A stretch of DNA of 64,000 nucleotides from Bacteroidales bacterium (GTDB taxonomy: Bacteria > Bacteroidota > Bacteroidia > Bacteroidales > VadinHA17). The notes beneath the pieces were generated by a model that was not told the origin of the DNA, did no database searches, and saw nothing but the letters and a program-made list of their open reading frames with translations. The translations under genes were made by a program, and so were the position numbers. The stretch spans positions 686 through 64,685 of the forward strand of contig DATKUO010000223.1 of NCBI GenBank assembly GCA_035530515.1. Direction: 5' to 3'. Below are positions 1 through 9,009 of this stretch, piece by piece (position 1 is the stretch's first letter; each line of letters starts with the position of its first letter).

Positions 1-929
1 TCAATATTAATTAATCCGCTTGTCATCATTTCAATAGCCTCTTCAACACAATCCACCTGTCGTCTTATAAATTGAAGTGAAATCTCCCTTCGTCGTGTCG
101 TTTCAACACTCATTGACCATCGGTCAAATTCAGGAATTCCGACCACTATAAGTTTGCCACCCGGCTTAAGTATCTCAACAGCCTGGTCGAACGCTTCCTG
201 CTGACCGCAACATTCAAATACGATATCAAGTCCCAAAGCCTCTTTTTGCCTAATCATTTCCACAATATCCACTTTAATTGGGTTTCCGGTTAAAGCTGCT
301 CCTTCTTTGGATGAAATAGCAAGACGTTCATCAATTTTATCTGTAACAAATACTTTGTCAACGCCTTGTGCTTTAGCGGCGAGCATCACACTCATACCAA
401 TAGGTCCATATCCAAATATCCCGATTTTCAGATCTTTAATATCCCCTGATTTTTTTACAGCATAAACTCCTATTGCAAGTGGTTCAGATATTGACCCATG
501 ATCGGGAGTTAATTTTCCGAGAGGGTAACAACTCTTTTCCGGCATAATAATATATTCCATAAGGCATCCTTCAGCCTGCCCTGGGCAACCCAGGAACCTT
601 AGCTTTCGACATGTATGATGTCTTCCTGCAAGACACTGGTCGCATTCCCAGCAGGGCATAGCCGGGTCAATAGCAATAGTATCACCTGGTTTTACTCTCG
701 ATACTTCTGTTCCGACTTCAACAACAACTCCGGCACCCTCATGTCCGACTGTGAAAGGGTAATTAACTTTTTGGGAACCGATCTGTCCCTGTGTATAATA
801 ATGAATATCCGATCCGCAGATTCCCAGAACAGACATTCTTATTTTAACATCATTAGGACTTACAATTGAAGGTTCAGGAATCTCTTTCATCTCCATCTGC
901 CTTATCCCGGTGAGCATCATTGCTTTCAT
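1..929 (-). CDS. Zn-dependent alcohol/polyol dehydrogenase, MDR family (sorbitol/threonine-dehydrogenase-like); 3' end runs off the window
   Basis: My own minus-strand translation from the ATG at 929 gives MKAMMLTGIRQMEMKEIPEP...GICGSDIHYY...GHEGAGVVVEVG...CWECDQCLAGRHHTC (catalytic and structural Zn motifs), then a GYGPIGM Rossmann motif. It is absent from the ORF track because there is no stop inside the window. Confidence 0.8.
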   Translation of the reverse strand, partial: MKAMMLTGIRQMEMKEIPEPSIVSPNDVKIRMSVLGICGSDIHYYTQGQIGSQKVNYPFTVGHEGAGVVVEVGTEVSRVKPGDTIAIDPAMPCWECDQCLAGRHHTCRKLRFLGCPGQAEGCLMEYIIMPEKSCYPLGKLTPDHGSISEPLAIGVYAVKKSGDIKDLKIGIFGYGPIGMSVMLAAKAQGVDKVFVTDKIDERLAISSKEGAALTGNPIKVDIVEMIRQKEALGLDIVFECCGQQEAFDQAVEILKPGGKLIVVGIPEFDRWSMSVETTRRREISLQFIRRQVDCVEEAIEMMTSGLINI

Positions 930-992
930 GTAGAATATTATTTATTGTAAACAAATATAATGATTAACTACGATACCTTAACCGTAATGCGG

Positions 993-1048
993 TATCGCCA
1001 TATCGCAATACCACTATACCACCATACCATTGAGCCGCCATGCCATTG
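993..1048. repeat. Degenerate 8-bp tandem array (7 units)
   Basis: The units are TATCGCCA TATCGCAA TACCACTA TACCACCA TACCATTG AGCCGCCA TGCCATTG. The array lies in the divergent intergenic region directly upstream of the minus-strand dehydrogenase gene. Confidence 0.85.
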
Positions 1049-1106
1049 CGTCTTCCAAAATTATTTGTAAATTCACGCCATAGCAAAAATTTCAGACATA
1101 CTTCTT

Positions 1107-2024
1107 ATGAGAAAAATTTACGGAATAGGCGAAACAGTCCTTGATATTATCTTTAAAGATAGCCAACCTCAGGCTGCTAAAGCAGGCGGATCGGTCCTTA
1201 ATAGTGTTGTATCAATGGGCAGGATGGGTTTTTCTGTCTCTTTTATTAGTGAATATGGGCAGGATAACGTAGGTGACCTCATTGATAAATTCTTGAAAGA
1301 CAATGGAGTTGATACTTCTTCAGTACATCGTTTTCATGATGGCAGTACTTCTCTTGCCCTGGCATTTCTTAATGAGAAAAATGATGCCAGCTATACATTC
1401 TATAAAGATTTTCCGGCAAAGCGCCTAGATATTGATTTTCCAATTATTCAGAAAGATGATATAGTCCAGTGCGGTTCATTTTATGCTATATGGCCTGAAA
1501 TAAGGGGAAAATTTAAAAGATTCATTCAGACTGCAAAGGATAATGGTGCAATGATTCTATATGATCCCAATTTCCGGCAAACTCATGTGTCTGAATTGAA
1601 TACTCTGAGGCCATTGATTATTGAAAATATTAAATTGTCCAGCCTTCTGAGGGGATCGGATGAAGACTTCAAAAACATCTTTGGGGTAAATAGCGCTGAT
1701 GAGGCATGGGATCTGGTGAGAAAATACTGTAACTGCCTGGTATATACAGAAAATGTTAAGGGAGTATCTGTAAGGACCAACTCCTTTTCCGGAAAATTCC
1801 CTGTACATAACATCACTCCTGTAAGTACTATTGGTGCCGGCGATAATTTCAATGCCGGTATGATTACATCGATTTATCAGAATAATATTAAAAGGGATGA
1901 TTTGGAAAATCTTACAGGAGAGGATTGGTCAAAAATAATAACTACAGCTATCAATTTTGCAACTCATGTATGTTTAAGTTACGAGAACTACATATCTCCG
2001 GAATTTGCAAAGGAACAAAGATAA
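1107..2024 (+). CDS. PfkB-family carbohydrate kinase (fructokinase/ketose-kinase-like)
   Basis: 305 aa. N-terminal GGSVLNSVVSMGRMG and C-terminal TIGAGDNFNAG match the PfkB signatures. Confidence 0.85.
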   Translation: MRKIYGIGETVLDIIFKDSQPQAAKAGGSVLNSVVSMGRMGFSVSFISEYGQDNVGDLIDKFLKDNGVDTSSVHRFHDGSTSLALAFLNEKNDASYTFYKDFPAKRLDIDFPIIQKDDIVQCGSFYAIWPEIRGKFKRFIQTAKDNGAMILYDPNFRQTHVSELNTLRPLIIENIKLSSLLRGSDEDFKNIFGVNSADEAWDLVRKYCNCLVYTENVKGVSVRTNSFSGKFPVHNITPVSTIGAGDNFNAGMITSIYQNNIKRDDLENLTGEDWSKIITTAINFATHVCLSYENYISPEFAKEQR

Positions 2025-2028
2025 AGTA

Positions 2029-2124
2029 TTACCTCTGTATCACTCTGTAATACCTCAGTGTACCTCTGTGAAAGTTCTTTTTTTGTTACACTGAGCGCAC
2101 GTAGAAGACACGCGAACCACAGAG
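2029..2124. repeat. Roughly 10-bp degenerate array plus its inverted counterpart in a convergent intergenic region
   Basis: ACCTCTGTA / TCACTCTGTA / ATACCTCAGTG / TACCTCTGTG are followed by a T-run. Then come TACACTGAG ... CACAGAG, the reverse complements of the CTCAGTGTA and CTCTGTG words. Confidence 0.7.
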
Positions 2125-2142
2125 TTAATTATTAAGCTGTAC

Positions 2143-3405
2143 TTAGATTGATTTTGCGTTGGCCAACAAATATCTCTCTGCTTCCAAAGACCAGATATAA
2201 TTGTTTTTTAATACAATTTCATGAAGAGCTGCAAAGAATGGATCGGCTTTGCCTAATTCCTCCAGCTTATAGAGTGAGACGAGAGGCATTGATATATTAG
2301 TGTAAATGAGTTTCTTGCCTCCTGGTATCTGTGGAAGTTTTAATGTAGTATTTACTACTGAATCAAGGCCTCCAACATGAGTTATCATAATAGCGGGATT
2401 GATCTTTCCTTCCCCCATTAGCTTTAATGATTCGCGCATATCATCAGTATTTCCCCCTGAAGTGCCAACAATATGTGTAAAAGCGTAATGAACATTATAG
2501 AAATTGAATTCAGCTTTAAATTCCGGATTTGTAGGGCCGGCGAAGAAGTTGAGGCATCCATCGAAGCCAAGGATAGAATCGCCCAGTTCAATTACTTGTT
2601 TGACAGGTGCAAACACAAAAACATCATCAAACCCTTTTCCTCCTGTCAGATCACGTAAATGTTTAACCGGGTCGTTCATCTGGACTGTATTCACATAGAT
2701 TAATTTGATTCCTTCTTTTTTAGCATGCTCTGGTGTAAATAGGCATGCTGCTCTCGAAAGCCGGTTCTCATCAATGTCCGTAACCACAATAAGACCTGGT
2801 TTCCTTTCCTGATGTAAAGCATAATCTATTGCTCCCAGTCCCATCGGACCAACTCCTGCCAGAATAGCCATATTACCTCCTTTTCGTATACCCATCTCAT
2901 GAACATATATGCCGGGTGGAATATGATAACATGCATGAAAGGCACCAACAATGCATGACATTGGCTCAGAGAGCGATGCGGGGAAAAAGGCCTCCCCGTT
3001 ATATGGCAGAAGGCAATCGGCTTTCATCACAATTGATGGGATTATAACATACGTTGCATCACCTCCGATGAATCGATATGAGTACCCTGGAGCATCAAGA
3101 GTTCCTGTCTGGCTCATGGCAGGCTGAATTGAGAATTTTTGTCCTTTTTTGAATTTATGCTGCCACTTTTTCCCAACTTCCAGAATTACCCCTGCAAACT
3201 CATGACCAATTATTGTGGGATTTATATGAATGTCATTTGGGACACGTTTGTGATCAGAGCCTTGTAAGACTGCTTTATGTGACGACATGCAGATGCTATC
3301 GGAAATCACATGTGCAAGAATCTCGTCATCCTTCAGCTCAGGAAGTTCAAATTCCTCAAGCCTTAAATCCTTTTTACCGTATATCCTTACTGCTTTTGTT
3401 TTCAT
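2143..3405 (-). CDS. Zn-dependent dehydrogenase-like protein, long (420 aa) MDR family member
   Basis: GHEFAGVILEVG motif, GVGPMGLGAIDYA Rossmann motif, typical GroES-like N-terminus (MKTKAVRIYGKKDLRLEEFELPEL). Confidence 0.75.
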   Translation of the reverse strand: MKTKAVRIYGKKDLRLEEFELPELKDDEILAHVISDSICMSSHKAVLQGSDHKRVPNDIHINPTIIGHEFAGVILEVGKKWQHKFKKGQKFSIQPAMSQTGTLDAPGYSYRFIGGDATYVIIPSIVMKADCLLPYNGEAFFPASLSEPMSCIVGAFHACYHIPPGIYVHEMGIRKGGNMAILAGVGPMGLGAIDYALHQERKPGLIVVTDIDENRLSRAACLFTPEHAKKEGIKLIYVNTVQMNDPVKHLRDLTGGKGFDDVFVFAPVKQVIELGDSILGFDGCLNFFAGPTNPEFKAEFNFYNVHYAFTHIVGTSGGNTDDMRESLKLMGEGKINPAIMITHVGGLDSVVNTTLKLPQIPGGKKLIYTNISMPLVSLYKLEELGKADPFFAALHEIVLKNNYIWSLEAERYLLANAKSI

Positions 3406-3423
3406 ATTTAAATATTTTTTTAA

Positions 3424-3487
3424 CTACGGAGTTTTCACGGAGTCTCACTGCTTCAGATTCTAAGCTCTGCGCCCTGTACCCCGTGCC
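3424..3487. repeat. Short word repeats: ACGGAGT x2 (11-bp spacing) then 7-bp units CTGCGCC CTGTACC CCGTGCC
   Basis: Read directly between two co-oriented minus-strand genes. Confidence 0.7.
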
Positions 3488-3488
3488 A

Positions 3489-5462
3489 TTACCCCAACAT
3501 CACCTGTCCCCCGGTTACAGGGATTGCCTGCCCTGTTTCATATTCCTGGTCAATAATATAAAGAAGTGCCTTCATTACATCTTCCAGTTTACATCCTCTT
3601 TTCAATGGTACCTGGTCTTCGTAGAATTTTCTTACCTCTTCAATGCTTTTTGCTCCTGATACTTTCCCAGTTTTAAGATACTGAACGAATAAGCCGTTAT
3701 GAGGATCTGACCAAAGTGGACCTTCATAAAAATTACCAGGACAGATTGAATTAACTTTTATTCTGTAGGGAGCAAGTTCCATAGCAAATGATTGTGTGAG
3801 TCCTATTCCTCCGAATTTAGCTCCGGAATATGCAAAATTCCGGTTACTTCCTCTTAGTCCCGATTTTGAATTTATCTGTATTATATCAGTAAAATATTCA
3901 GAGTTCTCTTGGTTCTGAAGTTTAAGAACTTCTGCTGCAAACTTTGCACAATGGAAATATCCCTTGTAGTTTATATCAGTGGTCAATGAAAATGTATCAG
4001 AGTCCATTTCGTCTAGTCCTCCGGCTCTAAGGATACCGGCATTACTAATCATAATATCAAGTCCTCCAAACTCTTTTACAGTAGTTATAATCATATTTTG
4101 AACCGAGGCGGGATTGGAGACATCTGTTTTGACAAATAGAGCCTTATTGGATGATTTCTTCGCTGATAGCTTTGCAGTAAAAGAGGTACCTGTCTCCTCG
4201 TTAATATCAGCTATTACGACGTTCATGTTTAACGCAAAAAGGGCCTCGGCTATTCCTGCACCGAATCCCTGCGCTCCACCCGTTATGATAGCAATTTTGT
4301 TATTCAGTTTGTTTAAAGGGTCAGAAGTTTGAGATACTTTCCTTCTGTAATTTTCAACTTCCCATTGATCGATGAATATTACCTGTTCAGGAGTTAAAAA
4401 TTTCATTCCCCCACATTGCGAAGCATAATAACTAATTTTAATAAGGTCTTCATAAACATCGAGAGCTGTTTCGGCAGATGAATGACTTTCAGCAATGGCA
4501 AAAACTCCCATGTCCTTAATTACAAGAATCTTAGGGGAATAACCATATTCGTTTATAGATCGGGGTAACTGGTATCTGATAGAATCAAGAATTTTTTCAG
4601 GTGCAGATGAATGCTCAATATACAAATATCTGGCCTTGCAATAAACTATACTATCAGGAGTAAGCGGCAAAGAGATTTTATGAAACTCTTGTTGATTCTG
4701 ATAAAACCTGGAAATAAGGGAGTTGTTCCGGAACCGTATGACTCCAGGTTGTTTGTCTGAAAGAAGGATCCTCAAGCCAGGAAGCACTTTATGAAGTAAA
4801 GGATTATATGGCAGTGGAGTTAGATCTGTGATAGGAGGTATCCGCTCACTGATTTTCTTTATAATGTTGTTATATATCTTTTTTATTTCTTCTGTCGAAT
4901 CGGCTCCAACAAACGATCCATGATTTTCGAGAAATATTATCTGAGGATCATGAGAAAATTTCTCACGGAATAAAATTATTTCTGATTTAAGCTTCTTGAA
5001 CAGAGTATATCCCGGATCAGTATACGGAACAAATAGTACACTCTCGCCAAAAAAGTTATGAGTTAGACTCTCTGCATTTTTGCTGCAGAGCAAACCATTG
5101 ATAAGAGTGGGATGGAGGTGAACAATAAATTTATATTGTATTATCTCATGCAAAGAGGTTTCAACTGATGGACGTTTGTATTTATCAGGATCGAGAATGC
5201 TTTGGAATATATCATTTTTGACCTGTTCTTCTCTGGTTGCAGGCTCCTCTGAATAAATAACAGATGATATTAAATGAAGTTTTTCTCTGCTAAGAGCCAC
5301 AAGACCCTCTTCATTAAGCTCTGCAAGTGATTGACCGCTTGCCTTTATCCATATAGTCTTGTCATCCTTGAATGAAGTGTTACCTCCTCCGGCAATTACA
5401 TACTCCTTATCGGAACCGTAATATTTTGAAATCTCAATAAGGTCATTTATTTCAGGCTTCAT
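3489..5462 (-). CDS. Bifunctional class II aldolase/adducin-domain + short-chain dehydrogenase protein (rhamnulose-1-P aldolase/SDR-like architecture)
   Basis: 657 aa. The N-terminal half has class II aldolase-like features (GGGNTS, VHLHP). The C-terminal half has the SDR motifs ITGGAQGFGAGIA (TGxxxGxG) and YSGAKFGG (YxxxK). Confidence 0.8.
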   Translation of the reverse strand: MKPEINDLIEISKYYGSDKEYVIAGGGNTSFKDDKTIWIKASGQSLAELNEEGLVALSREKLHLISSVIYSEEPATREEQVKNDIFQSILDPDKYKRPSVETSLHEIIQYKFIVHLHPTLINGLLCSKNAESLTHNFFGESVLFVPYTDPGYTLFKKLKSEIILFREKFSHDPQIIFLENHGSFVGADSTEEIKKIYNNIIKKISERIPPITDLTPLPYNPLLHKVLPGLRILLSDKQPGVIRFRNNSLISRFYQNQQEFHKISLPLTPDSIVYCKARYLYIEHSSAPEKILDSIRYQLPRSINEYGYSPKILVIKDMGVFAIAESHSSAETALDVYEDLIKISYYASQCGGMKFLTPEQVIFIDQWEVENYRRKVSQTSDPLNKLNNKIAIITGGAQGFGAGIAEALFALNMNVVIADINEETGTSFTAKLSAKKSSNKALFVKTDVSNPASVQNMIITTVKEFGGLDIMISNAGILRAGGLDEMDSDTFSLTTDINYKGYFHCAKFAAEVLKLQNQENSEYFTDIIQINSKSGLRGSNRNFAYSGAKFGGIGLTQSFAMELAPYRIKVNSICPGNFYEGPLWSDPHNGLFVQYLKTGKVSGAKSIEEVRKFYEDQVPLKRGCKLEDVMKALLYIIDQEYETGQAIPVTGGQVMLG

Positions 5463-6699
5463 AGTGGTGCTTGTTTAAGAAGTATTCAATAACTATTTGT
5501 CCAAGATTTACCAAATCTCTCATCTGTTTCACACTATGGGTCCCGTCGGGTAAAACATATCCTTGTCTTCCATCTGCCCTTAGGTACTGATGGGCTGCTA
5601 TTACACAAGCCCCTTCCCATGCAATCTTTTTTAATGATTCATCAAGGGGTATTGAACCTCTGGATGTTACTGTAAGCGGTATCATCTCGGGTGTGTTATG
5701 CTCAGTACCAAAGGTTATTATGAATCTTTTTTCATGAAAAAATTCGACAAAATTCTTAAGAATAGAAAAATCGTTCCTTCCGGGAATCAGTTCAATACAT
5801 TCAATACCCAAACGTTTAAGCGAGTTGTACAGTTTTTCCGGATCTGTTTCAAATTCGGTGCATTTGCCTGAAGGATCATCGAGTAATACTGGATAACATG
5901 GAATACCACCGGCAACAATAATTATCCTGATGATTTTTTTTAGCTCAAGGAATGATCTTTCATCCTCTTCAACAAAAGCTGCACCACCGCTTTTCAGAAG
6001 ATAAGATCTTATCTCGTTTTCAAGTCCGGGTGCATCACTTATTGAACTCTTCGATCTCCTGCCACCATATAGTGATTCTATAAAAAGCATTTGTTCGTCA
6101 GGAGTTGAGAAACTCTCAGTCGTGAGAATCCTTAATGCTTTTGCAAGATGTCGCTCGCGCACAAGTCCATGTGAATATCTCTTTTTAATTGTTTCGTATG
6201 TAAGCTTAAGTGAAGGGTTTTCCTTTTCAACCAACAGGTTCAGTTTTGCTATCATTGCTTTAATCTGTAGCTGGCTCTCCCGGATGACACTTTTCAGTTG
6301 CTTTCTCAGTATAAATCCGGTATGAAACGGATAATCAAGACCTTTACCGCTGAAATAGATTCTTCCCGGATTATTTGGATCATTTATCCTTATCCCTTGT
6401 TGCTGTTCTTCTTTCAATAATCCTATAAACTCAATGTTGAACAGTGGAAAAATATTATGCTTCAGACATCCTTTATGGAAAGCATCATAACCATCGGTAA
6501 CATAGAAATCGTTTATTCCAAGAAGGGGTATGTTTTCGCTGTGGGCCATATTAAAAATGGTCTCCATATCTGGAAATGCGCTGAATGAATATGGAGTATG
6601 AATATGGCAGTTTCCTTCACGATAATCAGGATATGAGAGACCCTGCATCTTTTTTTTCAATATTTCATATGATGGAAACGAGGAGAGAAAATTCTTCAT
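5452..6699 (-). CDS. Hypothetical protein, PHP-like metal-dependent phosphoesterase fold suspected
   Basis: 415 aa. N-terminal NCHIHTPYSFSAF (HxH-type metal motif) and C-terminal FGTEHNT resemble PHP-domain motifs. Its stop overlaps the start of the downstream gene by 11 nt. The function is not established. Confidence 0.5.
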   Translation of the reverse strand: MKNFLSSFPSYEILKKKMQGLSYPDYREGNCHIHTPYSFSAFPDMETIFNMAHSENIPLLGINDFYVTDGYDAFHKGCLKHNIFPLFNIEFIGLLKEEQQQGIRINDPNNPGRIYFSGKGLDYPFHTGFILRKQLKSVIRESQLQIKAMIAKLNLLVEKENPSLKLTYETIKKRYSHGLVRERHLAKALRILTTESFSTPDEQMLFIESLYGGRRSKSSISDAPGLENEIRSYLLKSGGAAFVEEDERSFLELKKIIRIIIVAGGIPCYPVLLDDPSGKCTEFETDPEKLYNSLKRLGIECIELIPGRNDFSILKNFVEFFHEKRFIITFGTEHNTPEMIPLTVTSRGSIPLDESLKKIAWEGACVIAAHQYLRADGRQGYVLPDGTHSVKQMRDLVNLGQIVIEYFLNKHHYEA

Positions 6700-6707
6700 T
6701 TTTTAAT

Positions 6708-7706
6708 TTATATTATTGTTTCTATTGTGATCTCTGACAGAAGCTCATTTATTCTGTTTATCTCCTCCCTGGTAAGCCTGAAATCAGCTGCTTTTACATT
6801 ATCCAGGACCTGTGTTGCATTTCTTGCACCGGCTAGTGCGCATGTAATACCAGGTTGCTGAATGGTCCAGTTAAGTACCAGCTGGGCAAGGGTTACGTTT
6901 AGTCCATTTGCAATATCTTCTAATTTGTTATTAAGCTGCAGTATCCTTGATAGATTTGGCTCTTTATAATAGATTGTACCAGGTCTTGTATCTCCATCGT
7001 TGAATATATGCCCCTTTTTAATCTTACCCGTTAAAAGCCCTCTTTGTAATGGACTGTAAGCAAGTATCCCGATATTATTATCAATACAATGTGAAACAAT
7101 GTCATTCTCTATATCCCTGTTAACCATGCTATAAGGCACCTGCTCAGAAGCTATCATGAATGTTTTTTCAGCTTCGGTCATAAGCTCAACAGAATAGTTA
7201 CATACTGCTCCAGCTCTTATCTTACCTTGCCTGACAAGAATTTCAAGAGCTTCCATTGTTTCTGAAACCGGAGTTGTCGGATCGGCCCAATGTATCTGGT
7301 ACAGATCGATATAATCAGTGCCTAATCGTTTCAGACTCTGATCGCAGTCGGTTATCACTTTCTCTTTGGATGAATATCGGTATATATCTATCTCTTTTCC
7401 TGAATTATCCTGCGAGGCAAAGAAAAATTCACCTCTCTTTTCATTCCAGCTCAAACCAAACTTGGTTAGTATCTGTACTTTAGATCGTTTTCCTTTAATA
7501 GCCTTACCTGTCAGTTCTTCACTCAGCCCAAAGCCATAAACAGCAGCTGTATCTATTGTGGTCATACCGTGATCAATAGCAGTTTCGATAGCTTCTATCG
7601 CATCATTTGAATCGGCACCGCCCCACATCCATCCTCCGATAGCCCATGCACCAAAAGCTAATTCGGAAATTTTAATATCTGATTGTCCCAGTATTCTGTA
7701 TTCCAT
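6708..7706 (-). CDS. Aldo/keto reductase
   Basis: 332 aa. MEYRILGQSDIKISELAFGAWAIGG, IDTAAVYG and LAYSPLQRGLLTGK are typical AKR motifs. Confidence 0.85.
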   Translation of the reverse strand: MEYRILGQSDIKISELAFGAWAIGGWMWGGADSNDAIEAIETAIDHGMTTIDTAAVYGFGLSEELTGKAIKGKRSKVQILTKFGLSWNEKRGEFFFASQDNSGKEIDIYRYSSKEKVITDCDQSLKRLGTDYIDLYQIHWADPTTPVSETMEALEILVRQGKIRAGAVCNYSVELMTEAEKTFMIASEQVPYSMVNRDIENDIVSHCIDNNIGILAYSPLQRGLLTGKIKKGHIFNDGDTRPGTIYYKEPNLSRILQLNNKLEDIANGLNVTLAQLVLNWTIQQPGITCALAGARNATQVLDNVKAADFRLTREEINRINELLSEITIETII

Positions 7707-7724
7707 ACTATTGTAATTTATATT

Positions 7725-8369
7725 TCACCAATTTAACACTTTTCCTGGTACCTTGATTAGTGACTCGCATATCCAGTCGGCTTCATGCAGTTCTGAGGCA
7801 TTAAAGGATGTAGTCAGAGCCAGGCACCTGCATCCGGCTGTTTTCCCTGCTTTAACACCATTGACAGCGTCTTCAACAACCAGACATTCATTTGGTTGTA
7901 AGCCTAAACTCTCTGCTGCCTTGAGGTAAATATCGGGGAAAGGTTTTTTATTTACGACATCGAGTCCTGTTATAATTTCCTGAAACGAATTCTGCGAAAG
8001 ACCTGTCTCTCTGAGATTTATTTCCATCTTAACCTTATCGGCACTGGTGGCCAGAGCCAGTTTTAAACCTCTGTTGCGGCAATAAGCTATGAATTCATAA
8101 GCTCCGGGATGAGGGGATAATTTCCCTCTTACAATTATTTCAAATATCTCATATGTTCTTGACTTAACCTTTTCAATATCAACATTTAGTCCATACTTGT
8201 CAGCCACTCCTCCAATATACCTGTTTTCGCCAGTTCCGACGAAAGGAAGAAAATCTTCAGGTAATACTTTAATTCCCAGTTCATTGAACATCATAATAGC
8301 AGCCTTGCAGATAAATGGTTCAGAATCGACAAGTACGCCGTCCATATCGAAAAGCACCCCTTTAATCAT
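7725..8369 (-). CDS. HAD-IA hydrolase (beta-phosphoglucomutase/sugar-phosphatase-like)
   Basis: 214 aa. Motif I is FDMDGVLVDSE; motif III/IV is VVEDAVNGVKAGKTAG. Confidence 0.85.
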   Translation of the reverse strand: MIKGVLFDMDGVLVDSEPFICKAAIMMFNELGIKVLPEDFLPFVGTGENRYIGGVADKYGLNVDIEKVKSRTYEIFEIIVRGKLSPHPGAYEFIAYCRNRGLKLALATSADKVKMEINLRETGLSQNSFQEIITGLDVVNKKPFPDIYLKAAESLGLQPNECLVVEDAVNGVKAGKTAGCRCLALTTSFNASELHEADWICESLIKVPGKVLNW

Positions 8370-9001
8370 CTGAAAATTTTTTCTATTTCGAGGATTCTCG
8401 ATTTACTGAGTGGATTTTTTTTCTTGCCAAATTCTACTAACAATGTCATTTTTGCAGCATTTTCGAGGACTTCAATTTTATCGAAAGCCTGAAGGAGATT
8501 TGTTCCTGTTGTCAGAACACCATGGTTTTCGAGAAGAAGGATGTCAGAATGCAGAATACTATCAGCAACAAGTTTTGCCAGTTCTTCTGTTCCCATAAGA
8601 GCATATTGAACAATTAGTGGATCGCCAAGAATAGCACATGCTTCAGCAGTAAGTTTTGTATTGATTTCATGCTTCATAGCGGTGAAAGAGGAGGCAAACA
8701 GAGGATGGGCATGTACAATTGCTGATATATCTTTCATTTTTTTATAGATTGAGAGATGCATTTCATACTCAATTGTTGGTTTAAGTTCAGGAGTAAGATT
8801 TTCTCCAAAGATATTAATGATACCAACTTCTTTCCATCTCATTCGGCCTTTATCAGTTGCAGAAGGAGTTATAAGAATTATATCATCAGTTATTCGCAGA
8901 CTGATATTTCCACCTGAGGTAGTTGTTAGACCATGTTTGTAGAGACGCCTCATAAAACCGGCTACCTCTTTACGCTCATCTTTATATTTCTGTGCTTTCA
9001 T
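8366..9001 (-). CDS. Class II aldolase/adducin family protein (aldolase, epimerase or dehydratase of a ketose phosphate)
   Basis: 211 aa. SGGNISLRI, VHAHP and LENHG motifs are present. There is a 4-nt ATGA-type overlap with the downstream HAD gene. Confidence 0.8.
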   Translation of the reverse strand: MKAQKYKDERKEVAGFMRRLYKHGLTTTSGGNISLRITDDIILITPSATDKGRMRWKEVGIINIFGENLTPELKPTIEYEMHLSIYKKMKDISAIVHAHPLFASSFTAMKHEINTKLTAEACAILGDPLIVQYALMGTEELAKLVADSILHSDILLLENHGVLTTGTNLLQAFDKIEVLENAAKMTLLVEFGKKKNPLSKSRILEIEKIFR

Positions 9002-9009
9002 GATATAAA

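Noticed and set aside
7725-9001. The class II aldolase-fold + HAD pair interpreted as MtnB/MtnC of the methionine salvage pathway.
   Set aside because: HAD motif I is DMDGVLVDSE (beta-PGM-like) rather than enolase-phosphatase-like. No MtnA, MtnK/MtnP or MtnD candidates are nearby.
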